From contig JAEOUG010000096.1 of assembly GCA_016839445.1 (NCBI GenBank), positions 1-36,478 of the forward strand: DNA of 36,478 nucleotides, in the 5' to 3' direction. Source of the stretch: Candidatus Thorarchaeota archaeon. Its GTDB lineage: Archaea > Asgardarchaeota > Thorarchaeia > Thorarchaeales > Thorarchaeaceae. Below the pieces are notes generated by a model. The model saw only the letters and a list, made by a program, of their open reading frames with translations, was not told the origin of the DNA and ran no database searches. A program made the position numbers and the translations under genes. Below, one piece after another: positions 1 through 9,067 of the stretch (position 1 is its first letter; the number at the start of each line of letters is the position of its first letter).

Positions 1-85
1 TCACAACAGAGACTGCAGAGATTACCAGGATTGGTATCAGGGCTACAGTCACGAACGTGACGACTATACGTTTTGAAATGTCCAA
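1..85 (-). CDS. 5' end of a membrane-anchored sensor-like protein (MCP/Cache/HAMP type), runs off the window
   Basis: Manual translation from TTG at 85: MDISKRIVVTFVTVALIPILVISAVSVV, a basic residue pair followed by a hydrophobic helix; GGAGG SD at 93-97 on the minus strand. Not in the ORF track. Confidence 0.6.
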   Translation of the reverse strand, partial: MDISKRIVVTFVTVALIPILVISAVSVV

Positions 86-144
86 TCAGATTCCTCCATC
101 TGAGTCTCTTCTCTCTCTATTCTGTATTGCATCCATTGTAATGC

Positions 145-1590
145 TCAACCACTCCATTTTCTGAGTTCCTGCCCAATCTTCTTGGCAAACGCTCGTATGT
201 CCTCGCCCTCTGCAAGTCGGAACTGGTCCCCGTCCAGGGTGCCCTTGATGTCTCCTTCACCCAAGAGGATGATGAGTGTCCTGCGTAGAATGTCACGATG
301 AACCCCGGTCTCCTTCTCCAACCTGTCCACAGCGAAGGAGTCCCTCTGCCTCAGGAGGTCCATCAATGCGTCTGGCACTCTCTGAATCTCATTGGGCGCT
401 GGTTTCTTCCCTCCGGCAATCACATCCGCCTTAGTCCGCACGAATGTGTTCTCCTGAATGTATCCTTCGATTGCCCCGCTCTGGATCATTGCCTGTAGAC
501 TGCGGCGAAGATTGTAGGCAGCAGGTCGCGGCAATGTTCGCCGGAGTATCTTGTCGAGGTCGTTCAACTGAATTCTCTCGTGCCTTGACGTAATCGAGTC
601 AATGCTCTCCTGAATATACTCCTCGATCACGTACTCCTCGTACATCTCAAGTTGCGCTCCACAGGAGCTACATTTCGCTGCCTCTGGGGACACAGGTGCG
701 CCGCAATTGCCGCACTTTATTGCCCGTCTGTATAGTATGGTCTTAGTTGAGCCTAGCTGTTGAAGAATAACCTGTTCAGTTCTCGATACCTTACCTGTAC
801 CTTCCACTTCGAAGAAGGTCAGTTTCTTGTCTCGAGTGCTCACGACCAGATAGGCGATGTCTGAATCGTCATCTGGAATCCCCGTGGCAAGTGCGCGAGG
901 GCAGTCATCGACTTCGACTCTTGTCACCTCATTGCCATCCAGATCCCAGAGTCTCAGTATGGAAGAGTTGTCGCCCGTGACAAAGAGCTTCCTCTCCCCG
1001 AAAGACAACACCGCGAATGTCGTCAGATTCTCCCCCAGCTGAATTTCCTGTAGCTGGTAACCCGCAGAAGTCAGGACTGTCACGAGACCTGACCTGTCCG
1101 CAATGACTGCTTCAAGTTCCGAGTCGTTAGTGATGTCCTCAAGCCAGACGTCTGCGATGGGATTCCTCATGTTCCGACTGAATATTGCATCCTTATCGTC
1201 GTTCCAGAGTACTACTCGTCGATTCTGAAGTGCGACAATGACCTCAGCGGCCCCATCACCATCGACATCTCGCGCGTCGCAAGCAACTACAGGGCTTTCG
1301 AGGCTGATCTGCCAGAAGGCTTGCCCCCGGTGATCAACAACTAAGAGCTTCTTTCCCACTCCACCCACAAGTGAGTCCTGGCCCTCCCCCCTGATGTCTG
1401 CCACGGCAATGCAACGAACTTTGCTACTCCACTTCCTAGTGCTCCTCAAGGTACCTCTCGCATCAAAGATGCGCAGCCGGTCTGCATAGTCCAAGGAGAA
1501 GATCTGAGTGCTGGCATCCTTCTTCTGCCTTACATAGACAGAATAGACGTTGGCAGAAACGGGAACGTTCGCTACGGTGCGAATCCTCAA
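145..1590 (-). CDS. FG-GAP/WD40-like beta-propeller + C4 zinc ribbon + two PCI-like winged-helix domains
   Basis: Repeats VADIRGEGQDSLV, ARDVDGDGAAEVIV, LEDITNDSELEAVI; LRLWD; CGNCG-x9-CSSCG; C-terminal GAIEGYIQENTF and GDIKGTLDGDQF wing motifs; no signal peptide. Confidence 0.7.
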   Translation of the reverse strand: MRIRTVANVPVSANVYSVYVRQKKDASTQIFSLDYADRLRIFDARGTLRSTRKWSSKVRCIAVADIRGEGQDSLVGGVGKKLLVVDHRGQAFWQISLESPVVACDARDVDGDGAAEVIVALQNRRVVLWNDDKDAIFSRNMRNPIADVWLEDITNDSELEAVIADRSGLVTVLTSAGYQLQEIQLGENLTTFAVLSFGERKLFVTGDNSSILRLWDLDGNEVTRVEVDDCPRALATGIPDDDSDIAYLVVSTRDKKLTFFEVEGTGKVSRTEQVILQQLGSTKTILYRRAIKCGNCGAPVSPEAAKCSSCGAQLEMYEEYVIEEYIQESIDSITSRHERIQLNDLDKILRRTLPRPAAYNLRRSLQAMIQSGAIEGYIQENTFVRTKADVIAGGKKPAPNEIQRVPDALMDLLRQRDSFAVDRLEKETGVHRDILRRTLIILLGEGDIKGTLDGDQFRLAEGEDIRAFAKKIGQELRKWSG

Positions 1591-1658
1591 CTTGCTTTAT
1601 GCACCTCTGCTCTCTCTGTTCTGAACGGATTTAAGTCTGCACGGAGATAAACCGTGTA

Positions 1659-2741
1659 ATGAGTCCTTCTCCCTTTGAGTGCAGAGTTGGTTTCCTGTGG
1701 AGCGAGCTTCTTGAATCATTCGACTTTGGAGCGAAGCACCCAATCCAGCCTGGGCGATTCAGGAGAATAAGGGACTTCTATCGCTCGTGCGGGTTTCTAG
1801 GTCTGCCAAACGTAAGTGTCGTGCAACCACGCCCCCTGACACAGAATGAGCTTGAAGAGATACACGCAGCGGACTATCTTGCAAAGGTGAGGGCAATCTC
1901 AGATAGCGGGGAAGGCGAGATTGACATTGACACTCCTGGCTTCAAGGGGATATTCGAGAATGCCAGTCTTACTTCAGGGGCCACCGTTAGCGGCATCCGG
2001 GCTGTGTTAGCAGGTGAGATTGACCACTTCGTTTCGCCAACGGGGGGTTTTCATCACGCCAAGTTCGCTCGTGGAGGAGGATTCTGCATCTTCAATGACG
2101 TAGCAGCCGGAGTATACGAACTGAAGAGGTCTGGGCTCCAGAGGATTCTGATTGCCGACTTCGATGTTCACCATGGAAACGGCACCCAGGAGTACTTCCT
2201 ATCAGACCCCGGAGTGATGCAGATCTCCTTCCACGAAAGCCCTGAATGGATGTATCCACACGATGGGTACATTGACGATATCGGCGAGGGGCCAGGAGCC
2301 GGCTACAACATCAACATGCCGTTTCCAATGGATTCAGCAGATGCCGTCTACAGGTACGCGTTCCAGGAGCTTGTGCCGCCTCTGGTTGACTTCTACGAGC
2401 CCGAGTTCATCATATTCCTTCCAGGCATCGATGCGCACTACAAAGACCGCCTAGCACACCTTGTCCTGACCACACATACAATCAGGTTCGTCGCTGAATG
2501 GATGCATCAGGCCGCGCACAGATATGCCTCTGGGCGGATGGGGGTTCTTGCAGGAGGCGGATATCATCCTGACTCCTTCCAGTGGGGTATGGGTGTCGTG
2601 ATGTCTGTTCTCTCTGGCCATGACTATGGTCCGCCACCTCAGAGTCCTCCCTTTGAGGACAATGAAGAGACCTGGAGTGAAGTCCGCGAGAACGTTGCTC
2701 GGGTGAAGGAACGAGTGTTCCCCCTGTTCGGCATCAACTAG
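1659..2741 (+). CDS. Zn-dependent histone deacetylase / AcuC family deacetylase
   Basis: HP, GGFHHA, GFCIFND, DFDVHHGNG, GIDAH and GGGY motifs are intact. Confidence 0.95.
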   Translation: MSPSPFECRVGFLWSELLESFDFGAKHPIQPGRFRRIRDFYRSCGFLGLPNVSVVQPRPLTQNELEEIHAADYLAKVRAISDSGEGEIDIDTPGFKGIFENASLTSGATVSGIRAVLAGEIDHFVSPTGGFHHAKFARGGGFCIFNDVAAGVYELKRSGLQRILIADFDVHHGNGTQEYFLSDPGVMQISFHESPEWMYPHDGYIDDIGEGPGAGYNINMPFPMDSADAVYRYAFQELVPPLVDFYEPEFIIFLPGIDAHYKDRLAHLVLTTHTIRFVAEWMHQAAHRYASGRMGVLAGGGYHPDSFQWGMGVVMSVLSGHDYGPPPQSPPFEDNEETWSEVRENVARVKERVFPLFGIN

Positions 2742-3361
2742 CCCACGAAGCGCTTGGCCAAATCGACAGCACTCATAGCGTCACTACCGTATGCATCCGC
2801 TCCAGTGTAGTCTACGATGCTCTGGTCGATGTCGCCTCCACCTATGATTACCTTCACCTTGTCCCTTAGGCCGGCGACTTTGAGGGCCTCAATGGTGTCC
2901 TTCATCACATCGTGAGTAGTGGTGATTAGGCCGCTGAGTGCAAGCAGTGGAGCGCCAGTCTCTCTGAGCTTCTCTATGAACCTGTCCGGAGGGACATCCT
3001 CTCCGAGGTCGTATACATCATAGCCATTAGACTTCAGGAAGGCTACCACGAGGTTCTTACCGATGTAGTGTATGTCCCCCTTGACAGTCCCTATGACTAT
3101 CTTTCCTTTCTCCTCTTTCTGCTGGCTCTTAAGGAGGGCTGGCTCTAGGACCTCCATAGCTCTCTTGAAGATGTCTGCTGACATCACAAGCTCCACGAGG
3201 AAATACTCTCCCGTCGAAAACCTCTCTCCAACGATATCCATGCCATCCTTGAGTTCTTGCAGAACCTGAAACGGATCGGTTCCTTCTGACAGCTTCTCTT
3301 CCAGGAATCGCTTCACGTCCTTGTCCTCAAGATCCGCCATAGCGGTGGTCAGCTCTGACAT
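2738..3361 (-). CDS. Corrinoid (B12-binding) methyl-carrier protein, MtaC/MttC-like
   Basis: Cap domain (GMDIVGERFSTGEYFL), DIHYIGKNLV (DxHxxG), LSGL and IIGGG. Start placed at ATG 3361 after a GAGGT SD; the track start is 3424. Confidence 0.93.
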   Translation of the reverse strand: MSELTTAMADLEDKDVKRFLEEKLSEGTDPFQVLQELKDGMDIVGERFSTGEYFLVELVMSADIFKRAMEVLEPALLKSQQKEEKGKIVIGTVKGDIHYIGKNLVVAFLKSNGYDVYDLGEDVPPDRFIEKLRETGAPLLALSGLITTTHDVMKDTIEALKVAGLRDKVKVIIGGGDIDQSIVDYTGADAYGSDAMSAVDLAKRFVG

Positions 3362-3433
3362 CTGTAGTGAAACCTCTTGTTTCAGTTCTACGGGGGTTTC
3401 CATCATATATCTTTCATTGTCCAACGCTTGGGT

Positions 3434-4339
3434 CTACCCGATCTTGTATCTTGGATGCGACTTGTCGGGCCTGATTCCCTCTTCCAACAGAATCCCCGAG
3501 AGTGCGACATCTATCATTGCCACGGAAGGAAAGGTCACAGGCGCATGTTTGATTGGTCCATAGAGGACGAAGTCAGCTCCCAGTGCTACTGACATGAGGG
3601 CTGATCCGACTTGTGCAGGACGTTTTGCCTCTTTGCCGAACTTCGGAACGAGACCTGACCACATATTCACAGCATTGTGGGCTCCACAACCTGCGGGCCA
3701 ACCAGTTTCGTTCTTCACAAGATCAATTGACTTGCACGCGAGGCCAAGAGTAAGAAGGTCGACTACCCCAGTATCTATCATGACGTTCCCAATCCCCGCA
3801 GCGCTTGCTCTGGCAATGAGGGATTTCGCCAGCTCGAATCTCTTTGAGTAAGAGGCCATTGCAGAACTACTGAACGCGAGAAGCATTGCGGTCTCCACGC
3901 CCGCCTCGACGTATCGGAGAATCGTGTCCTCGTCGTCGTCGGGTCCAATAGAATTGAGAATGATCCTGTCGAGAATGCCCATCTCCTTGGCTGTTCTCAG
4001 TCCTGCAAGGTTGACTTCCAGAACACCGGACCCATCGATCATGAGTGGCATCTGGGTGGTCTCTCCAAGATATCGGATGTAGTTCTCCATCGCCTCAGGA
4101 GTTTCCGCAACCACATCCAGAACACTGGGTACACCCGTCTTCTCCGAGGTTTCCTCAAGCCTCCGGATAGCCTCTCGAGTGCTCTCTCTATCGAACTTGC
4201 CGGTCTTGGAATCCAGAACTAGTCGGTCCTTATTGAAGAACACTGACCCAATCATGACGGTTGGGGACCGGCCTGGTCTCCCCCCGATGTTGATTTGGCC
4301 CACTCTGATTGTCTTCTGCTCAACGCCATAGTCGTGCAT
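3434..4339 (-). CDS. mtrH: MtrH/MtgA-like corrinoid:tetrahydro(methano)pterin methyltransferase
   Basis: IGGRPG..PTVMIGSVF, ILNSI, MIDTGV, PAGCGAHNA and GADFVLYGPI motifs. Likely start MHDYG at 4339. Confidence 0.88.
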   Translation of the reverse strand: MHDYGVEQKTIRVGQINIGGRPGRSPTVMIGSVFFNKDRLVLDSKTGKFDRESTREAIRRLEETSEKTGVPSVLDVVAETPEAMENYIRYLGETTQMPLMIDGSGVLEVNLAGLRTAKEMGILDRIILNSIGPDDDEDTILRYVEAGVETAMLLAFSSSAMASYSKRFELAKSLIARASAAGIGNVMIDTGVVDLLTLGLACKSIDLVKNETGWPAGCGAHNAVNMWSGLVPKFGKEAKRPAQVGSALMSVALGADFVLYGPIKHAPVTFPSVAMIDVALSGILLEEGIRPDKSHPRYKIG

Positions 4340-4613
4340 TCTAGCAATCCGCCTTCTCATCTGACGTAGACTCCTTCCCCCTTTAAGAACGAAGTTATGG
4401 GCGTTGCGACTGATTGGGGCGTGCAGAAGCCACATCAACACCCTCGTCGAGTGTGCGTGCTCTCGAACGAGCGACTGAGTGCCGAAAATCCCATGTTTCC
4501 GAGCAGTTGCGTGATACAAGATTCGTTCAAATGACACTTATTATTGTCCCATGCATAATACAATGGTTGATTTAACGGAAGCAACCACAGAATCAAGGCG
4601 GGAATGAAACGTC

Positions 4614-6071
4614 ATGCCCCGGCAACAGAAGGCTCCGAAGAAGAAGACCCCCAGTGAGTCCTCTCCAGACATAGACCTGTACTCCCACAGTGACGAGATT
4701 CTCCACGCAGTTCTAGAGGAGTCTCAGACGGGCATTGCCATAGTTGGGGATGACTACCGACTGGAATACATCAACGAAGAAGGATGCAGGATATTTGGTG
4801 GGTCTAGAGGAGATCTTGTCGGGCACGACTTCCGTGAGTTCTTGAAGGATGACATAAAACAGATTGTTGCTGAACGCTACGAGAAGAGGCGTCTCGGTGA
4901 ACACGTTCCTACCTCTTACCCGTTCAAGCTTGTCCGAAAGGATGGAGAGATGCGCACTGTCGAGGGAAAGGTGTCCGTCGTTCGAGGGACGAACGGCTCA
5001 CTGAAGACAATTGCTCACTTCCTTGACATCACTCACATCGAGCTTGGCCAAATGCTTCTCGAGGAGTCACAAAGACGCTACCGCATTCTTGTTGAAACCA
5101 TGAATGACGGGCTGGCAATCGACGATGAAAACGGGAATCTGACGTACGCAAATGAAGCCTTCTTGAAGATGCTTGGATATGAATTCGAGGAGATTCTCGG
5201 CAAGCCCTGGGTGGAATTGACTTCGGGGCTCGAGCACAATGGTGTGATGGAGAAGATATCTGACAGGAAGAAGGGCCTCTCCGAAAAATACGAGCTCTCT
5301 TGGAAGAGCAAAACAGGCGAGATTATTCCGACGATCATATCCGCAACTCCACTCCATGACAACGATGGTAGGTTCCAGGGGACTTTCGCTGTGGTGACTG
5401 AGATATCCGCACAGAAGGATGCGGAGGAAGCAGTTCAGTTCTATCTCGACCTACTCTCTCATGACATAGCCAATCAGCTACAGGTCATAATGACCAGCAG
5501 CGGGTTGCTGGAGGAGGAGGTCCCAACATCCTATATCTCGGAGGCGAGAAAGGACATCTCAGACGCTGTTGAGAGGTGCAATCGGCTCATAACCAAAGTG
5601 AAGCGTGCAGCACAGAGCAGATACGTTCCTCTGACCAATGTCAATCTCATACCTGTCCTCAAGGAGAAGATCAAGATTCTCGAGCGCGTGTTTGACGCGA
5701 AAGTACACTTGGATGGAATTGGCAAGAGTGCTATGGTAGTGGCTGATGTACTCCTGGGCGAGATGATATGGAATCTACTTGAGAATGCGGCTCGGCACAA
5801 TCCCAAGGAACAGAAAGAGCTCTGGATTGAGGGCAAGAGCAAAGGGGGCGTCTACCAGCTCTCTGTAGCCGATGACGGACCTGGCTTGAGCGAATCTCGG
5901 AAGGCCGCTCTGTTCACGGAGAGAAAGCATGGCGGCGGGGTTGGCTTGACACTGGTCGGTCAGATGGTGCGCAAGTATGGCGGGTCGATTGAGGTTGACG
6001 ACAGAGTGAAGGGCAAGCCCAGCCTGGGGGCGAAGTTCACCATCACTCTTCGAAAGGCCAAGAAGTCCTGA
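4614..6071 (+). CDS. Cytoplasmic PAS-PAS sensor histidine kinase
   Basis: Two PAS/PAC repeats; H-box LLSHDIANQL, N-box NLLENA, DDGPG and GGVGL; no transmembrane helix. Confidence 0.93.
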   Translation: MPRQQKAPKKKTPSESSPDIDLYSHSDEILHAVLEESQTGIAIVGDDYRLEYINEEGCRIFGGSRGDLVGHDFREFLKDDIKQIVAERYEKRRLGEHVPTSYPFKLVRKDGEMRTVEGKVSVVRGTNGSLKTIAHFLDITHIELGQMLLEESQRRYRILVETMNDGLAIDDENGNLTYANEAFLKMLGYEFEEILGKPWVELTSGLEHNGVMEKISDRKKGLSEKYELSWKSKTGEIIPTIISATPLHDNDGRFQGTFAVVTEISAQKDAEEAVQFYLDLLSHDIANQLQVIMTSSGLLEEEVPTSYISEARKDISDAVERCNRLITKVKRAAQSRYVPLTNVNLIPVLKEKIKILERVFDAKVHLDGIGKSAMVVADVLLGEMIWNLLENAARHNPKEQKELWIEGKSKGGVYQLSVADDGPGLSESRKAALFTERKHGGGVGLTLVGQMVRKYGGSIEVDDRVKGKPSLGAKFTITLRKAKKS

Positions 6072-6074
6072 TCA

Positions 6075-6341
6075 CTAGCGAGTCCTGTTGTTGATTCGCT
6101 CATAGAGGCCTTCGAAGAAGTCCTTCTTCTTGATGGCATTTATCTTGAAGAAGTTGGTCTTGATTCTGTACAGTCTCCGTTTGATCTCGTCATAGTCCTT
6201 GAGCCCTCTCTTTCCCACAGCGTCATCAAACACGGTTGCCACCTTCTCTGGGAAATTGTCGATGAACTGGCATGATTTCACTTGGATGTGGAAAAGTGTG
6301 CTCTTCAGAATGTCATGTCGAGAGATGCTTCTACTCGCCAT
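6075..6341 (-). CDS. Small basic hypothetical protein (88 aa)
   Basis: Fills the gap convergent to the kinase; codon usage looks host-like (AAG, GAC, TTC); AT-rich promoter-like region at about 6370-6420. Confidence 0.6.
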   Translation of the reverse strand: MASRSISRHDILKSTLFHIQVKSCQFIDNFPEKVATVFDDAVGKRGLKDYDEIKRRLYRIKTNFFKINAIKKKDFFEGLYERINNRTR

Positions 6342-6520
6342 TGTTCGGTCCCCATTTTTCGGTAGTGCGGATTATACTTAAGATATCAGGTAAATATGTT
6401 CGAATATTATCTGTGAACTACACACAAAAGCGCATCGGGACCCTACATTCTGGCTGTCGAATGACAGTAGAGCTGGAGTTATATCGTGCCGGCCGGACCG
6501 ACAGTCAGGGTTGGACTCTC

Positions 6521-7213
6521 TTGCGACTGGCCTCAGTGATCGATGTAAGCCTGGTTGATGTTCCGAAGATCCCCGTCACGGTGATATTCCTCGCAGGATG
6601 CAACTTCGACTGCCCCTATTGCCAGAATGCAGAGATCATACCTCTAGAATCAGGTTCTGAGTCTACACCTTCAGAGATTGCAGGAAGCGCCAAGGGCTTC
6701 CTGACCGATGGCTATTGCATCACTGGAGGAGAGCCAACGATACAGAAGGAACTCCCGCTCCTGCTGAAGGAACTCAAGGCTCCCGGCAAGCACGTGAATC
6801 TCAATACACAGGGGTCTGTCCCTGATGTTCTGGAAGCCGCTGTTCCATTCTTGGATTCTGTCTGGTTCGATGTGAAGTCAAGTCCGAGGAAGTACCAGCA
6901 GGTTGCACGAACAAGAAATGACCCTTGGCCTCGAGTTCGCAGGAGTGTTGAACTCCTTCTGGACGCTGATGTTCTCTTCTGGCCAAGAACGACTTACGTT
7001 GGTGGCCTCACCCAAGCTGATGACATCGAGGATATCCTAGACTTCCTGTCTGAGATTGGCTTCCATGGCGAGTATGTGATTCAGAACTTCATCAAGTCCG
7101 CAGGCACTCGCGAGTCAGAGGTAGAGGAGTTCTATTCTGCTCCGGAATCCGAAGCGACGGGATTCGCTGGACTCGCCCGATCTGGGATCAGTGTCCGACT
7201 TGAATGGAGATAG
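6521..7213 (+). CDS. nrdG: Radical SAM activating enzyme, anaerobic RNR activase (NrdG)/PflA-like
   Basis: SLVD, IFLAGCNFDCPYCQN (CxxxCxxC), ITGGEPT, LNTQG, FDVK and RTT motifs. Probable TTG start at 6521. Confidence 0.8.
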   Translation: MRLASVIDVSLVDVPKIPVTVIFLAGCNFDCPYCQNAEIIPLESGSESTPSEIAGSAKGFLTDGYCITGGEPTIQKELPLLLKELKAPGKHVNLNTQGSVPDVLEAAVPFLDSVWFDVKSSPRKYQQVARTRNDPWPRVRRSVELLLDADVLFWPRTTYVGGLTQADDIEDILDFLSEIGFHGEYVIQNFIKSAGTRESEVEEFYSAPESEATGFAGLARSGISVRLEWR

Positions 7214-7253
7214 GCCTCTGCGTAGCGAATTATGGACAAACACACAGACAACC

Positions 7254-7260
7254 TTTTAAA
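7254..7260 (+). promoter_or_regulatory. Putative TATA box for the proteasome alpha gene
   Basis: TTTTAAA in the intergenic gap about 70 nt before the ATG. Confidence 0.45.
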
Positions 7261-7327
7261 CGCCCTCGGATTGAGTCTGTTTTGACCACGCCAGACCACT
7301 GGCACGTACATCTTGAGGTCACTTATC

Positions 7328-8059
7328 ATGTTTCCCACACAGAGTATGGGCTATGACCGAGCCATCACTGTCTTCAGTCCAGAGGGTCGGCTCTACCAAG
7401 TTGAGTACGCGACTGAGGCTGTGCGCCACGGGCCATTAGCCGTCGGCGTCAAGGCCACTGATGGCGTCGTCCTTGTCGGCGAGAAGAGATCTCCACATGC
7501 ATTGGCCGATCTCGACACCCTCCGCAAGATTCTGCTTATTGACGACCATGTGGGAACAGCGATTGCCGGACTCCATGCAGATGCAAGGAAACTCATTGAC
7601 CAAGCCCGAGTCCAATCTCAGGTCAATAGACTCAGCTACGACGAGCCCATCTCAATCCAGGCACTTGTTGTAAACATCTGCGACACAAAGCAGTTGCACA
7701 CACAGTATGGTGGAGTGAGACCTTATGGGGTTGCTCTCCTTGTTGCTGGTGTGGATGACCACGGTCCGCAGCTATACACAACAGACCCCTCCGGCTCATT
7801 CTGGGGCTGGAAGGCTGCAGCTATTGGTAAGGAGTCTGACGCTGTGCGCGAGTACTTCCAGGAGGAGTACAAGCCCACGCTGAAGCTTCCCCAAGCACAG
7901 AGTCTTGCTTTGGATGGCCTCTTGAAGGTCACGGACAAGAGCGAATCAGATCCTGCAGAGCTTGCCAAATCTATTGAGATTGGCCTCATCAATACCACGG
8001 ATAAGAAGTTCAAGATTCTAGAGCAGGATGAAGTACAGGCAATCTTGGCTGCAAGGTAG
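7328..8059 (+). CDS. psmA: 20S proteasome alpha subunit
   Basis: GYDRAITVFSPEGRLYQVEYA signature, GLHADAR, YGGVRPYGVALL and TDPSG. Confidence 0.97.
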   Translation: MFPTQSMGYDRAITVFSPEGRLYQVEYATEAVRHGPLAVGVKATDGVVLVGEKRSPHALADLDTLRKILLIDDHVGTAIAGLHADARKLIDQARVQSQVNRLSYDEPISIQALVVNICDTKQLHTQYGGVRPYGVALLVAGVDDHGPQLYTTDPSGSFWGWKAAAIGKESDAVREYFQEEYKPTLKLPQAQSLALDGLLKVTDKSESDPAELAKSIEIGLINTTDKKFKILEQDEVQAILAAR

Positions 8060-8060
8060 G

Positions 8061-8957
8061 CTATCGAGTAGACTGCTGCACTAGTCTGTCTACTATAAGA
8101 CTTGCCACATCGATGTTTGTCACTCGTGACAGGGCGCTCCATGAAGGAGCGGCGTTTGCTTCAATGACAGATGGTCCTTCCGGCGATTCCAGTATATCCA
8201 CACCCGTATAGTCGAGGTTAAGCACTTCAGCTGTCTTGATTGCACACTCTTTGTATTCGTCATCAAGCTCCGCCACTTCTGCTCTTCCCCCACCGTGTAC
8301 GTTCGTTCGCCACTCGCCCTCAACGTCTGGAAGATACCTGTACATCGCTGCCACCAGTTGGCCGCCGATGACAAACGCCCGGATATCTCGATCTGGCTTG
8401 CTTACCATCTCTTGAACGTAGAGGACCTGGCCGAGCTGGTGAATGAACTTCATGGCTCGGTACGTGAGCTCCTTGTGCTCAGCTCTGATGGCGCCCATTC
8501 CTCGGGCCCCAATGAGAGGTTTGATGACAACATCGCCGACCTCGTCGACGAATTCTATGGCTGCCTCAAGGTTCTCTCCGATGTACGTTCTTGGCACTCT
8601 GATGCCCGCCTTGTTCAGTGCGGTGAGAGTGGCGTACTTGTCCTTCGCTCTCCTGAACGAGTAGGCTGGGTTCATGACGTATATGCCTGCATCCTCGAGG
8701 TGCTCGAGCAGGCTTATCCTGTAGGTAATCTGGTCTCCCGTACCGAACCCAATCGTACGCACAAGAACCCCGTCCATGTCAGACACGTCCTCATCGAGGT
8801 GCGTGAAACGATTTGGGATCTGAGCCGCAATGTCCGGGAGTCTGAATGGCTTCGCAACGTGTCCCTTGTCATTGATTGCCTTGATTAGATTTGCAGTCGC
8901 CCAGTTGTTGATATTCTCGTGATAGACGACCCCAAACAGCAGATTCGACATTGACAT
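8061..8957 (-). CDS. RimK-family ATP-grasp alpha-L-glutamate ligase (MptN/CofF-like)
   Basis: DKY, PRT, VIKPLIGARGMG, YVQE, DIRAFV, WRTNVHGGG, GVDIL and EANAAP. Confidence 0.92.
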   Translation of the reverse strand: MSMSNLLFGVVYHENINNWATANLIKAINDKGHVAKPFRLPDIAAQIPNRFTHLDEDVSDMDGVLVRTIGFGTGDQITYRISLLEHLEDAGIYVMNPAYSFRRAKDKYATLTALNKAGIRVPRTYIGENLEAAIEFVDEVGDVVIKPLIGARGMGAIRAEHKELTYRAMKFIHQLGQVLYVQEMVSKPDRDIRAFVIGGQLVAAMYRYLPDVEGEWRTNVHGGGRAEVAELDDEYKECAIKTAEVLNLDYTGVDILESPEGPSVIEANAAPSWSALSRVTNIDVASLIVDRLVQQSTR

Positions 8958-9067
8958 CGCACCTACGAGTAGACATCGCTTCTCATCCTGTTAAAAGGGC
9001 TTGTCTACACAGGGCAACCATTAAGTGCCAGTGGCTTTTCGGGCTGACCTGAGGCGCTATCCTCAAG

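Noticed and set aside
4340-4537. 66-aa N-terminal extension of the MtrH ORF
   Set aside because: Family similarity begins at MHDYG (4339); the extension runs through the divergent promoter region.
6272-6520. N-terminal extension of the radical SAM ORF with extra cysteines
   Set aside because: It overlaps the 88-aa ORF and AT-rich promoter DNA; the family-like sequence starts at 6521.
8295-8888. 197-aa + strand ORF
   Set aside because: Antisense shadow of the RimK gene with no motifs; the same applies to the many short antisense ORFs in the track.
7328-8957. RimK ligase as a modifier of the proteasome alpha subunit
   Set aside because: The genes are convergent, and the alpha subunit ends in ILAAR rather than an acidic RimK-type acceptor.
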